A stretch of 64,000 nucleotides of DNA from Escherichia coli. Its GTDB lineage: Bacteria > Pseudomonadota > Gammaproteobacteria > Enterobacterales > Enterobacteriaceae. Location: assembly GCF_003790525.1 (NCBI RefSeq), contig NZ_CP033635.1. The stretch is one strand, 5' to 3'. The translations under genes were made by a program, and so were the position numbers. This document shows positions 1 through 9,984 of this stretch, piece by piece (position 1 is the stretch's first letter; every line of letters starts with the position of its first letter). The notes under the pieces are model-generated. The model did no database searches. It saw only the letters and a list, made by a program, of their open reading frames with translations, and had not been told where the DNA came from.

Positions 1-1
1 A

Positions 2-373
2 GATGCGAATGGCGGCAAGTACGAAGGCTACCGTACCCATTACAAATGGGACAACGGACTTGCTCTGCGTGACTGGCGTTATGTTGTTCGCATTGCAAAC
101 ATCGATGTCAGCAATCTTTCAGAACCTTCCTCTGCCGCAAATATTGCGAAGTTGATGGTTAAAGCACTGCATCGCATTCCAAATCGTGGCATGGGTCGCC
201 CGGTGTTCTACATGAACCGCACTGTAGGCCAGGCTCTTGATCTGCAATCTCTGGAGAAAACATCTCTGGCGATCAGCGTAAAAGAGACAGAAGGCGAGTG
301 GTGGACTTCATTCCGTGGTGTACCAATCCGTGAAACTGATGCGCTTCTGGAAACAGAAGCCCGCGTGGTGTAA
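2..373 (+). CDS. Phage head protein, C-terminal part (probably major capsid protein); 5' end is upstream of the window
   Basis: Open frame runs from window position 2 with no stop until TAA at 371-373; position directly upstream of the tail tubular genes; identity as capsid is inference from gene order. Confidence 0.45.
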   Translation, partial: DANGGKYEGYRTHYKWDNGLALRDWRYVVRIANIDVSNLSEPSSAANIAKLMVKALHRIPNRGMGRPVFYMNRTVGQALDLQSLEKTSLAISVKETEGEWWTSFRGVPIRETDALLETEARVV

Positions 374-389
374 CGCCTGTTATTAACCT

Positions 390-409
390 GTGGGTCGTAA
401 CAGACCCAC
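390..409 (+). promoter_or_regulatory. Intercistronic stem-loop GTGGGTC-N6-GACCCAC after the head gene, no U-tract
   Basis: Perfect 7-bp inverted repeat read directly; lies between stop at 373 and the RBS (GGAG 414-417) of the next gene; possible RNA processing or stability element. Confidence 0.4.
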
Positions 410-424
410 TAATGGAGAAAGAAG

Positions 425-862
425 ATGATCACCGACAAACTGTTGATGTTCTCCGAAGCTCAGGCGGTTACGAATACCGCGGCTTCTACTGACGTAATCG
501 ATCTCGGTCCAATTGACGGAAAACGTCGTGATATCGGCGTGGGTTACCCGCTTGAGTTTTGGGCGCTGGTTAACACAGCCGCCGCGGCAAGCGGTGATGC
601 AACTGTAAACATCCAGTTGCAGACGAGTGAGAATAACAGCTCATGGACCACTATTTATGATAGTGGCGCACTGGCAAAGACCGCCCTGACAGCAGGTAAA
701 CGAGTTGTTTCTGCAAAGGTGCCTGCCGGTGTTCAGCGATATCTGCGTGTTAACTACTCCGTCGCAACTGGCCCACTAACGGCTGGCGAATTCACTGCTG
801 GTATCAGTCTTGATGTTGATGCCAATACGCCGTATCCGATCCGCTCAAAAGTAACTGGTTAA
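425..862 (+). CDS. Hypothetical phage virion protein (145 aa)
   Basis: ORF with ATG preceded by GGAG 8 nt upstream; sits in the structural operon. Confidence 0.6.
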   Translation: MITDKLLMFSEAQAVTNTAASTDVIDLGPIDGKRRDIGVGYPLEFWALVNTAAAASGDATVNIQLQTSENNSSWTTIYDSGALAKTALTAGKRVVSAKVPAGVQRYLRVNYSVATGPLTAGEFTAGISLDVDANTPYPIRSKVTG

Positions 863-872
863 GGTGATATCG

Positions 873-1208
873 ATGTCAGGTGAGAAACCAAGATACCGCG
901 TTCTGCGCCTCTCTCATATCCATAACACTCTGTGGCCGGAGGGGGCAGAAATCGAATACGAAGGTGAGCCCGGTAGCGCACTGGAACCTGTTAACGATGC
1001 AGCCAGACAGGCAAAAGCAAAAATTGCAGGAAAGGTGTCAATGGCAGCAACCAGCACCAAAATCATCAACGATGTGTCAGATGATGGTGAACTGGATAAG
1101 CTCCGTGAAGAGTACGAATTGCTCTTTAACGAGAAGCCACACCATAACGCCAAAGCCGAAACGCTCCGCGAGAAGATCGCAGATAAGCGTAAAGAACTGG
1201 GCGTGTAA
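873..1208 (+). CDS. Hypothetical phage protein (111 aa from ATG 873; ORF track begins at GTG 864)
   Basis: AAGGTGA RBS at 861-867 placed 5 nt before ATG 873. Confidence 0.55.
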   Translation: MSGEKPRYRVLRLSHIHNTLWPEGAEIEYEGEPGSALEPVNDAARQAKAKIAGKVSMAATSTKIINDVSDDGELDKLREEYELLFNEKPHHNAKAETLREKIADKRKELGV

Positions 1209-1226
1209 GCCTCGCGGATCAGACAA

Positions 1227-1246
1227 GGGGCTTCGGCCCCTTTATT
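1227..1246 (+). terminator. Intrinsic terminator inside the structural operon (GGGGC-UUCG-GCCCC followed by TTTATT)
   Basis: GC stem with UUCG tetraloop and T-rich tail read directly; placed after the head-proximal genes, analogous in position to the T7 T-phi terminator (established knowledge). Confidence 0.55.
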
Positions 1247-1258
1247 GCAGGAGTGTAT

Positions 1259-1582
1259 ATGGAACTCGTAAACCTCAAAACCGGCACTGACAGCTACCAG
1301 GATGAGAGCGGAGAAACCAGAACTCGCGATGAATACCCGTGGGGGCTGTGCATCACTCTTAATAACGACACATTGAATAAGCTGAAGGCGCAACCTCAGG
1401 GCGTCGGAACAGAAGTGATGATAACTGCAAAGGCTGTTATTCGAGGCCTGTCTGCCAGAGAAACTGACGATGGTGTTAATCGCAGCGCCGATCTGCAGAT
1501 CACTGATATGGCGATCGCTCCTGTTTCCGGGGATGTAGAAAAATCAGCGGCTGAAACCCTGTACGGCAATGGGGGTGAGTAA
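1259..1582 (+). CDS. Hypothetical phage virion protein (107 aa)
   Basis: GCAGGAG RBS 5 nt before ATG 1259; stop overlaps the next start (TAATG). Confidence 0.55.
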   Translation: MELVNLKTGTDSYQDESGETRTRDEYPWGLCITLNNDTLNKLKAQPQGVGTEVMITAKAVIRGLSARETDDGVNRSADLQITDMAIAPVSGDVEKSAAETLYGNGGE

Positions 1583-2187
1583 TGGCCTCTGTAGTAGAGA
1601 TCTGCAATCGTGCGCTGTCCAATATTGGCAATAGCCGCAGCATTAACAGCCTGACGGAAGCCAGCAAGGAAGCGGGGGAATGTTCGCTGCACTTTGAGGC
1701 CTGCCGTGATGCTGTGCTTTCTGATTTTGACTGGAACTTTGCTACCAAACGCGTGGCGCTTGCAGATACGAGCAATCCACCGCCTGACTGGGAATATGCG
1801 TACCAGTACCCGTCAGATTGTCTGCGCATTACTGAAATTATGCTTCCTGGTGTACGCAATCCAACAGCAGCAATGCGCGTTCAGTACGAAGTTGGTGCAG
1901 ACACCAACGGAACAGGAAAGTTGATCTACACAGACCAGCCTCAGGCATGGCTCAAGTATGTCTCTCTCGTTACAGATGTGAACATGTTTGATGCCATTTT
2001 TATGGAGGCGTTGGCCTGGCGTCTTGCGGCAGCTATTAACATGGCGCTGACTGGGAATGCAGACCTCGGTACGTTTGCCCTCAATATGTACAATCGCGTG
2101 ATTCTTAGTGCTGGCTCGCATAGCCAGAATGAATCACAGGAACCACAGCCACCGGTTGATGAGTTTACCATTGCGAGGTTGTCCTGA
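1582..2187 (+). CDS. Tail tubular protein A-like (T7 gp11-like)
   Basis: 201 aa; size, position and N-terminal sequence pattern resemble T7 gp11 from memory; stop/start overlap with neighbours. Confidence 0.6.
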   Translation: MASVVEICNRALSNIGNSRSINSLTEASKEAGECSLHFEACRDAVLSDFDWNFATKRVALADTSNPPPDWEYAYQYPSDCLRITEIMLPGVRNPTAAMRVQYEVGADTNGTGKLIYTDQPQAWLKYVSLVTDVNMFDAIFMEALAWRLAAAINMALTGNADLGTFALNMYNRVILSAGSHSQNESQEPQPPVDEFTIARLS

Positions 2188-4658
2188 TGGCTATCAGTTG
2201 GATCCAGCCCAGCTTTGCCGGTGGTGAGATTGGACCGTCGTTGTACGGGCGTATTGACATGGCGAAGTACCAGGTAGCATTGCGCAAGTGCGATAACTTT
2301 ATCGTGCGGCAGTATGGCGGCGTTGAGAATCGACCTGGTACGCGTTTTGTCGGTGCCGCCAAATACCCAAATCGGAAATGCCGCCTGATCCCGTTCCAAT
2401 TCTCGACGGTTCAGACTTATGCTCTGGAGTTCGGACACCAGTACATGCGCGTTATCAAAGATGGTGCGTTGGTGCTGAACAGCAGCAATGTTATTTATGA
2501 AATTGCCACGCCATATACTGAAGCCGATCTGTTCCGAATTAAATTCACGCAAAGCGCCGACGTGCTTACGCTGGTTCACCCGGCATACCCGCCGAAAGAG
2601 CTGCGCCGCTATGCGCATGACAACTGGCAACTGGTTGATGTGGTAACGAAGAACGGGCCATTTGAAGATATCAATATTGATGAGTCAGTGACGGTTTATG
2701 CCAGCGCCAGCACCGGGACAATTACGTTAACGGCAAGCGCCTCTATTTTTGGCGCGGAGCAGGTAGGCAAATTGTTCTATCTGGAACAGCCTGCAGTGGA
2801 TTCTGTGCCGGTATGGGAAACCAGTAAGAGTACGTCGATTGGCGATATTCGCCGTGCAGACAGTAACTACTATCGCGCCGTTACAGCAGGCAAAACAGGC
2901 ACTTTGCGCCCTTCGCATACAGAAGGCACATCATGGGATGGCTGGGGCGGATCCGGTGATGATGATACTGGCATTGAGTGGGAGTATCTGCACAGTGGTT
3001 TTGGCATTGCCCGTATAACTGCTGTAAATGGCACTACTGCAACTGCTGAGGTGATTTCCTATATCCCTTCGCAGGTCGTTGGCGAGGATAATGCCAGCTA
3101 TAAATGGGCTAAATATGCCTGGAACAGTGTTAATGGTTATCCTGGCACTGTTGTTTATTATCAACAACGTCTTTACTTCGCCGCATCGACTGCGTTCCCT
3201 CAGACCATCTGGGCCAGCCGTACCGGGGATTATAAGGATTTTGGCAAAAGCAATCCTACGCAGGATGACGACAGAATTATCTACACCTATGCCGGGCGTC
3301 AGGTTAATGAGATCCGTCACCTGATTGATGTTGGTTCTCTGGTGGCGCTGACTTCCGGAGGTGAGTACGTCATCACCGGCGACCAGAACAAAGTGTTAAC
3401 CCCATCATCATTTGCATTCAGCTCTCAGGGATCAAATGGCTCGAGTAATGTCCCACCAATTGCCGTAGCGAATATTGCTCTGTTCGTCCAGGAGAAAGGC
3501 AGTGTTGTCCGTGATCTGGCCTACTCATTCGATGTTGACGGCTATCAGGGGAACGACCTGACCATCCTTGCCAATCATCTTTTTCAGAAGCACAGCATTG
3601 TTGACTGGTGCTTCTCGATTGTCCCTTACTCCAGCGCCTTCTGCATCCGTGATGACGGTAAATTACTGGTGATGACCTATTTGCGTGATCAACAGGTTTT
3701 TGCATGGGCACCACAGTCCAGTACCGGAAAATATGAAAGCACATGCAGTATCAGCGAAGGCAATGAAGATGCGGTGTATTTCGTCGTTAACCGAACCGTT
3801 AACGGGCAAACAGTGAGATACATCGAGAGACTGTCCAGCCGTTTATTTACCAGCGATGAAGATGCTTTCTTTGTTGATTCTGGCCTTAGCTATGATGGAA
3901 GAAATACGTCTGACAGAACGATGACCATCACTGGTGGTTCTGGTGAATGGGATTACCGCGCGGAATATACAATCAGTGTTTCTGGTGGTGCGTACTTCAC
4001 CAGTAGTGATGTCGGTGCGCAACTACAGTTCCCTTATACCGGAACTGATCCTGATACTGGCGATGAAGTGTCAAAAGAATTACGTTGCGACATTATTTCT
4101 GTAACCAGCAATACCGCTGTAGTGGTTCGTGCTAACAGGAACGTCCCGCCATCCCTCAGGAATGTGGCCACCACGAACTGGCAGATGGCGCGCCGGACAT
4201 TTGGAGGCCTGTCTCATCTTGAAGGCCAGACCGTAAACATTCTTTCTGATGCGAATGTTGAGCCACAGAAAGTTGTTTCCGGAGGTGCCGTCACACTGGA
4301 ATCACCGGGGGCTGTAGTGCACATCGGCCTGCCAATAACTGCTGAATTCGAAACACTGGATATCAACATTAACGGACAGGAAACGCTGCTGGACAAAAAA
4401 CAGGTGATCCCCTCCGTTACTCTGGTTGTGAATGCCAGCCGCGGCATCTGGGCGACTACGCCTGGCGGTAAATGGTACGAACATCCACAGCGTGAATTCG
4501 AGTTCTACGATGATCCTGTTGATGATGCTACCGGAAAAGTAGAAGTGAAACTGGACAGTAACTGGGGCAAAAACGGACGTGTAAAAATCCGTCAGCTTGA
4601 CCCGTTGCCGCTGTCTGTTCTTGCCGTTATTCCTCGCCTTACTGTTGGGGGATTCTGA
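2187..4658 (+). CDS. Tail tubular protein B-like (T7 gp12-like, nozzle)
   Basis: 823 aa directly after the gp11-like gene; N-terminal GG...RPG pattern like gp12; TGATG overlap at both ends. Confidence 0.6.
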   Translation: MAISWIQPSFAGGEIGPSLYGRIDMAKYQVALRKCDNFIVRQYGGVENRPGTRFVGAAKYPNRKCRLIPFQFSTVQTYALEFGHQYMRVIKDGALVLNSSNVIYEIATPYTEADLFRIKFTQSADVLTLVHPAYPPKELRRYAHDNWQLVDVVTKNGPFEDINIDESVTVYASASTGTITLTASASIFGAEQVGKLFYLEQPAVDSVPVWETSKSTSIGDIRRADSNYYRAVTAGKTGTLRPSHTEGTSWDGWGGSGDDDTGIEWEYLHSGFGIARITAVNGTTATAEVISYIPSQVVGEDNASYKWAKYAWNSVNGYPGTVVYYQQRLYFAASTAFPQTIWASRTGDYKDFGKSNPTQDDDRIIYTYAGRQVNEIRHLIDVGSLVALTSGGEYVITGDQNKVLTPSSFAFSSQGSNGSSNVPPIAVANIALFVQEKGSVVRDLAYSFDVDGYQGNDLTILANHLFQKHSIVDWCFSIVPYSSAFCIRDDGKLLVMTYLRDQQVFAWAPQSSTGKYESTCSISEGNEDAVYFVVNRTVNGQTVRYIERLSSRLFTSDEDAFFVDSGLSYDGRNTSDRTMTITGGSGEWDYRAEYTISVSGGAYFTSSDVGAQLQFPYTGTDPDTGDEVSKELRCDIISVTSNTAVVVRANRNVPPSLRNVATTNWQMARRTFGGLSHLEGQTVNILSDANVEPQKVVSGGAVTLESPGAVVHIGLPITAEFETLDININGQETLLDKKQVIPSVTLVVNASRGIWATTPGGKWYEHPQREFEFYDDPVDDATGKVEVKLDSNWGKNGRVKIRQLDPLPLSVLAVIPRLTVGGF

Positions 4659-5122
4659 TGATCGATGTTCGAATTATTCCCGCTACCGAAGAGCATCTTC
4701 AGATGATTTTGCCGGATGTTCGTCAGGCTGATATTGACGAACTGTATGCGGTATCGCTGATGACTACCGAAGATGCGCTGCGCGTTGGTCTGCGCACTGC
4801 GACTATGGCCTGGTCAGGGTTCGCGAACGGAGAACTGGTAACCATGTTTGGTGTATCTCCGGCGTCAATGATCGGTGGCAATGGTACACCCTGGCTGGTC
4901 GGGACCAGCCGTATTGAAAAATATCAGAAGACATTTCTGCGCCACTGCCGCCCTGTATTGCAGCAGATGCTGGCAGTTTATCCGCGCCTGGAAAACTACG
5001 TCGACGAGCGAAACTATGTTGCCAAAGCATGGCTGCACTGGCTTGGATTCAGGCTTGAAGAGGCCGCGCCTTATGGTGCTCTTGGTCTTAATTTCCACAG
5101 ATTTCACATGGAGAGAAAATAA
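4658..5122 (+). CDS. Internal virion protein (gp13-like position)
   Basis: 154 aa; gene order only. Confidence 0.45.
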   Translation: MIDVRIIPATEEHLQMILPDVRQADIDELYAVSLMTTEDALRVGLRTATMAWSGFANGELVTMFGVSPASMIGGNGTPWLVGTSRIEKYQKTFLRHCRPVLQQMLAVYPRLENYVDERNYVAKAWLHWLGFRLEEAAPYGALGLNFHRFHMERK

Positions 5123-5667
5123 TGTGCGATCCGGTTATTGCTGGTGGCGCAATGCTCGCCATGAGTGGCATTCAGGCATACACCCAGTACCAACAGGGAA
5201 AGTATGCCTCGAAGGTTGCAGAAGCGAACGCAGATATAGCCACTGCTCAGGCAAATGATGCAATAAACATAGGTAACGCTGAAGCTGAGCAACGGCGCAG
5301 AGAGACCCGACAGCGGCTTGGTACACAGGCGGCGACAATGGGGGCTACCGGCGCTGATTTATCTACAGGTAACGCGCTGGATATATTTGGCGACACTGCT
5401 CAGTTTGGCGCTCTTGATGCGCTGACGACGGTGAATAACGCGCAACGCGAGGCTTACGGTTATCAGATGCAGGCTGCTAACTATAAAGCAGAAGCCAGTT
5501 CAGCCCGTAAACAGGGGAATGTGGGAGCAGCAACAACATTGCTCACTGCGCCTCTGAAGGCATACGGTGCGTACCAGATGTTTGGTGGGACGTGGAGTCC
5601 GTTTACTCAAAGCACTCCTGCGCCAATCGGGGCAGCAGCAGGAACCAGATTACCCGGAGGATTATAA
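5122..5667 (+). CDS. Internal virion protein (gp14-like)
   Basis: 181 aa, starts MC..., Ala/Gln-rich, same size class and position as T7 gp14. Confidence 0.5.
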   Translation: MCDPVIAGGAMLAMSGIQAYTQYQQGKYASKVAEANADIATAQANDAINIGNAEAEQRRRETRQRLGTQAATMGATGADLSTGNALDIFGDTAQFGALDALTTVNNAQREAYGYQMQAANYKAEASSARKQGNVGAATTLLTAPLKAYGAYQMFGGTWSPFTQSTPAPIGAAAGTRLPGGL

Positions 5668-8180
5668 TGCCAGTCGTACCAACAGTATCCGGACGTCAGG
5701 TTGAGAGCCGTGGAGTTCAGTCAGCAGGCTTGCAGACGTTTTCTCAGCCAGGTATTGGTGATGCTTTTGTTCTGGCAGGGGAAGAGGCAATTGATGTTTT
5801 TGGGCAGGCAAAACAGCGTGCCAATATTGCCTTGGCTCAGGAGGCATCTCTTAACCTCAGTCAGATAAGCAGTGATTTGCTGAATAATCCTGAAACAGGA
5901 TTGCTTAACCTGAAAGGGAAAAATGCTATTGGAAAAGGCCATGAGTATACGCAGCAGTTTGATGCTCAGGTCGAACAATTGGCTATGTCGCTGCCGGATG
6001 AACAGGCTCGTAATGCTTTCATGCAGCAGGCGCAGCAGCAGCGCATTCAGTTCACTACGCAGGCCGGGCGGCACGAGATAGGGCAAATAAATGCCTACGA
6101 AGAAGGCCAGTTTCAGGCGACGCTGCTGAACAATGGTAAAAATGCCGCAGCATTGTATGGCGACAACGCCGCATACGTATTGGCTAATAAGCAAACTTTC
6201 CAGCAAATTGAGGATTACGGCATTGCGCATGGCTGGAGCGACGAGCAAATCCAGGCCAAGAAAATCGAGTTTAAAGAGAAGGTTGCTGATGCCGCATTGT
6301 CCCAGTGGTCGGCAAACAATGCGACCGCATTCATCCAAAGTAATGGCGAGTTAAGTGATACTGCTGCTGGAGCTCGCCGTGCTGTAGCAGATAGTGACTC
6401 TTCCGAGCGTGCCCGTGGCATACGCAACAATAACCCAGGAAATCTCGAATACAGCAAAACTAATCCGTGGGTAGGCCAGACCGGTGATGATGGTCGATTT
6501 GCTAAATTCGAAACACCTGAACACGGGATTCGTGCATTAGGGCGGAACCTGATGTCGTATCAGAGGCAGGGTATTGATACCGTCAGCGAGATAATTAATC
6601 GCTGGGCACCGCCTACTGATAAAAATGACACTATGTCGTATATCAAAGCAGTGTGCGAACAACTTGGCGTTTCTGCTGATGAGCCTCTCGATGCATCTAA
6701 TCCTGATACCCTGAAGGCGCTTTGTGCAGCCATTATCCATCATGAGAACGGTAGCCAGCCATACAGTGATCAGCAGTTAACTGCTGGTGTCAGTGCAGCA
6801 CTTGGTTTATCAACAATTCCAACCAACATCAAACGCTATACCGGTAATGCAGCATTCGATGCGGCATCTCCTGAGGCGCAGGCAAGTTTTATGCGACAGG
6901 CGGATCAACTGCGTCGGCAGCAGCAGGCTGAATATAAAACGATGATTGACAGCCAGGTTCGCGATGCGACAGCTGCGTATATGCGTGGCGTTGAATTTCC
7001 TAACCCACCTGGTGAGGCTGATTTTATTGCAGCTTATGGAGTCAGAGAAGGAAACCTGCGATATACCGAGTTCAGAAATGCGCAAATCGCCGGACAGTAT
7101 ATAGGCTCTTTCCGCAACATGCCGACAAGCAGCATTACATCATATGTTGAGCAATTACGCCCGGATACTGGTGAGACAGGGGAGGGTTATGCGGCACGAG
7201 CCGCTCTTTATGACAACGTTGTGTCGGCTGCAAGTCAGGTGATAAAGCAGCGACAGGCTGATCCTGTACAGTTCTCTCTTGCCGCCGGACAGGCAAAGCC
7301 TATCGACATGAGCAATAAGGATAACTTTGGACAGAGCGTTGCCTTGCGTGCCGCTCAGGTCAGTGACCTTGCTAAGTCATATGGCACTCCACTGACGTTC
7401 TTTTCCAAAGACGAGGCCAATCAGATCGGTGTTTTCTTTCGTGATGCGCCCGTTTCCCAACAGGCAGCATATCTCGATACCATCAGGCAGAGCACTGGTG
7501 GTGGGCAGGTGTATATGTCAGCACTACAGCAGATCAGTGCCAACGCTCCATCTGCTGCCGTTGCCGGGATACTGATGGATAAGCCAGGTGGTATTTTGGC
7601 AGAAAAAAACTGGTTTAATCCGGATGTTTCCGTGTCTCCTGAAACCGCTGCGCAGACAATTCTTGCTGGCGCGGCGGCTCGTAAAGGTACTGATGACGCG
7701 AAAGGTATTCCGATGCCTAAAGATGCTGATCTTCGCCTTGAGTTTTCTGACATGGTGAAGGATGCATTTGCTGGTGATGCTCAGGGGGCATCAATGGCAT
7801 ACGAGATCGCAAAGGACTATTACGCTGGTGTGATGGCGAAAAAAGGCGTGGTATCAGGCGAAATTGACAATGATATCTGGAAACAGGCTGTTAACGTAGC
7901 TACAGGTGGCGTGCATGACTATAACGGAATGGGGAATGTTCTTTTGCCGTGGGGAATGTCTGCAGAGCAATTCGATAAGCAGGTTAATCAGGCTTGGAAT
8001 GAACAAGTTGTTGGCACAGGGATAAAAACACCGCCTGGTCAGTATGGTTTGCAAAGTTACGGCGATAGTCAGTACCTGGTGAAACTTGGTACTGGTTATC
8101 TGCTAAAAGATGATGGTTCTCCCGTTGTTCTTGATCTGACACAGAAGCGTCAGAGATTCTCCGGAGATATTCCGAAATGA
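5667..8180 (+). CDS. Internal virion / ejection protein (gp15-like position), 837 aa
   Basis: Start moved from ORF-track 5592 to ATG 5667, which overlaps the upstream stop (TAATG) and has GGAGG 7 nt upstream; contains a conserved-looking NNPGNL...W...RWAP motif block. Confidence 0.55.
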   Translation: MPVVPTVSGRQVESRGVQSAGLQTFSQPGIGDAFVLAGEEAIDVFGQAKQRANIALAQEASLNLSQISSDLLNNPETGLLNLKGKNAIGKGHEYTQQFDAQVEQLAMSLPDEQARNAFMQQAQQQRIQFTTQAGRHEIGQINAYEEGQFQATLLNNGKNAAALYGDNAAYVLANKQTFQQIEDYGIAHGWSDEQIQAKKIEFKEKVADAALSQWSANNATAFIQSNGELSDTAAGARRAVADSDSSERARGIRNNNPGNLEYSKTNPWVGQTGDDGRFAKFETPEHGIRALGRNLMSYQRQGIDTVSEIINRWAPPTDKNDTMSYIKAVCEQLGVSADEPLDASNPDTLKALCAAIIHHENGSQPYSDQQLTAGVSAALGLSTIPTNIKRYTGNAAFDAASPEAQASFMRQADQLRRQQQAEYKTMIDSQVRDATAAYMRGVEFPNPPGEADFIAAYGVREGNLRYTEFRNAQIAGQYIGSFRNMPTSSITSYVEQLRPDTGETGEGYAARAALYDNVVSAASQVIKQRQADPVQFSLAAGQAKPIDMSNKDNFGQSVALRAAQVSDLAKSYGTPLTFFSKDEANQIGVFFRDAPVSQQAAYLDTIRQSTGGGQVYMSALQQISANAPSAAVAGILMDKPGGILAEKNWFNPDVSVSPETAAQTILAGAAARKGTDDAKGIPMPKDADLRLEFSDMVKDAFAGDAQGASMAYEIAKDYYAGVMAKKGVVSGEIDNDIWKQAVNVATGGVHDYNGMGNVLLPWGMSAEQFDKQVNQAWNEQVVGTGIKTPPGQYGLQSYGDSQYLVKLGTGYLLKDDGSPVVLDLTQKRQRFSGDIPK

Positions 8181-9979
8181 GTTACTTTGGCCTTAATCCA
8201 GTAAACCAGAATCAGCAGCTTGACGAAGCAGCATCAAATCCAGTTGGCTTTAACAGCGATGTTGGTTTTTTCGACAATGCTGTAGGAGCGGCATTGTCTG
8301 GTTTGTACTCCGGGCTGGTGGCAAAGCCTGATCAGTTGCTCTGGGCAGGGATGGATAAAATCGTATCCCCGATTGCTCAGTTTGTTAACGAAAACACCTC
8401 GCTCAATGACACTTCAGTTTCATACATTGCCGAGCAGAGAAAACTAGCAGAGCAGCAGGTTAAGCGGCTGACGCCTGATGCCGCGACAACCGGAACCGCC
8501 GGGCAGGTTCTTTATGGGTTGTTCGATATGGGCGGGCAGGCTGTTATCGGTACAACGCTCGGTGGTCCGGTCGGAGGTGCTGCGGCGGTAACTTCGCTAC
8601 AGGGTTTTTCTGAGTTTGAACGGCTGACAGCACAGGGTGTTGATTTCAGGACGGCGCAGGAAGCGGGATTAGTGCAGGGTATTACTGCTGGTGCCGGAAC
8701 ACTGATCCCTATGAGCCTCGGGTTACGTGCTGGTGGTGCGCTGGCGGAAGGTGTGGCGGCTCAGCTTGCGCGGACGGGTGAAAGTTCAGTGCGACGCGCC
8801 GCAGCAACAGCAGTACGTGCAACGCCAGATATTGCCTATGCCGCAGGTACAAATATTGCGTTCGGTATGGCACAGCGTGGGCTTACTGCAAAAACGCTTC
8901 GTGATGGTGGCTATAGCGAAATGGCTAACCAGTATGATGTGTTGGATCGACAGGCAATTGCTATTGATGCTGTTCTTGGGGTGGCGTTTGGTGGTGTCGG
9001 CAGATTTATTAACTCTCGCGGCGAGTCTACAAGCGCACCAAATTTTTCACCAGTTGATATCGATGCTGCACTGGCGGCGAATGCCGCTCATCATGCTGAA
9101 ATTGATATTGCTCCCGGTGTGCCGATCAACGTGCTTTCGCGTAATTCGCACATTCAGGCTCTGCGAAAAGCCATGTCTGATGTTAGCCAGGGGAGACCTG
9201 TAGACGTTGCCAGCATTGTTGAGTCTGCATCTTTCAGTGAAATTCCTGGGCGCAAGAGTCTGCTTTCTCAGGCAGTTAATGAGGCTCTGTCATCTGTAGA
9301 TGATGGAGTAACGGCGCGCGCTATAGAAAATCGGTTGCTTGAAGAACAGGCCGCGCAGCTTTTGCCGCGTGGCGATAGACAGGTTTACCAGTCTGAAATC
9401 GCTAATAGCCAACGAATTATTGAAAATCTCACTGAACAGCGCGCACAAATTCTTGCAGAAGAGCCAACCGGTAGCGGTAAAGCTTTGTCTCGTGCTCGAT
9501 CAGATAAACAGGCCAGACTTCGCGATATTGATCAACGAATCCGGCAGGCACAAGAACGCCTGGAGTTTTCCCGTAACGCGTTGGCTCCGCACGAGCCTGG
9601 CGGTCAGTTTTTTGAAGCTCGAGCAGAACTGGCACGACGACAGCAGGCAGAAAGTGAACTTAATGCTCAGGCTGTTTCATTCTATAAAACAGCAGAGGTC
9701 AGGACGCCAGACGAAGTAGCTCCTTTTGAGCCCGGTAAGATATTGCAACAGACAGAACAAAAAATGATGGCAGATCCGGCAGGAGATATTGATCTGCGTA
9801 TAGCTGAAGACTCGCTGCTTGAATCTCCGGACATGATAATCACCGTGCTGGATGATGATGGTAATCCACAATCGCGCAGTGCGCGTGAAGTACTGGATGA
9901 AGCGAACAGGGAAAGTGAGCAGGCAATACAGGATTCCAGCCTGTTTGATGTTGCTGTGGCGTGTTTCTTGAGAGGTTAA
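8177..9979 (+). CDS. Internal virion / ejection protein, 600 aa, Gly/Ala-rich
   Basis: ATGA overlap with upstream gene; gene order. Confidence 0.5.
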   Translation: MSYFGLNPVNQNQQLDEAASNPVGFNSDVGFFDNAVGAALSGLYSGLVAKPDQLLWAGMDKIVSPIAQFVNENTSLNDTSVSYIAEQRKLAEQQVKRLTPDAATTGTAGQVLYGLFDMGGQAVIGTTLGGPVGGAAAVTSLQGFSEFERLTAQGVDFRTAQEAGLVQGITAGAGTLIPMSLGLRAGGALAEGVAAQLARTGESSVRRAAATAVRATPDIAYAAGTNIAFGMAQRGLTAKTLRDGGYSEMANQYDVLDRQAIAIDAVLGVAFGGVGRFINSRGESTSAPNFSPVDIDAALAANAAHHAEIDIAPGVPINVLSRNSHIQALRKAMSDVSQGRPVDVASIVESASFSEIPGRKSLLSQAVNEALSSVDDGVTARAIENRLLEEQAAQLLPRGDRQVYQSEIANSQRIIENLTEQRAQILAEEPTGSGKALSRARSDKQARLRDIDQRIRQAQERLEFSRNALAPHEPGGQFFEARAELARRQQAESELNAQAVSFYKTAEVRTPDEVAPFEPGKILQQTEQKMMADPAGDIDLRIAEDSLLESPDMIITVLDDDGNPQSRSAREVLDEANRESEQAIQDSSLFDVAVACFLRG

Positions 9980-9984
9980 ATTAA

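Noticed and set aside
5592-5666. ORF-track N-terminal extension of the 862-aa internal virion protein
   Set aside because: ATG 5667 overlaps the upstream stop codon (TAATG) and has a GGAGG RBS; the extension overlaps the preceding gene in another frame and has no RBS.
8727-9203. 158-aa ORF embedded in the 600-aa internal virion protein gene
   Set aside because: Alternative frame inside a longer gene supported by operon context; no independent start signals.
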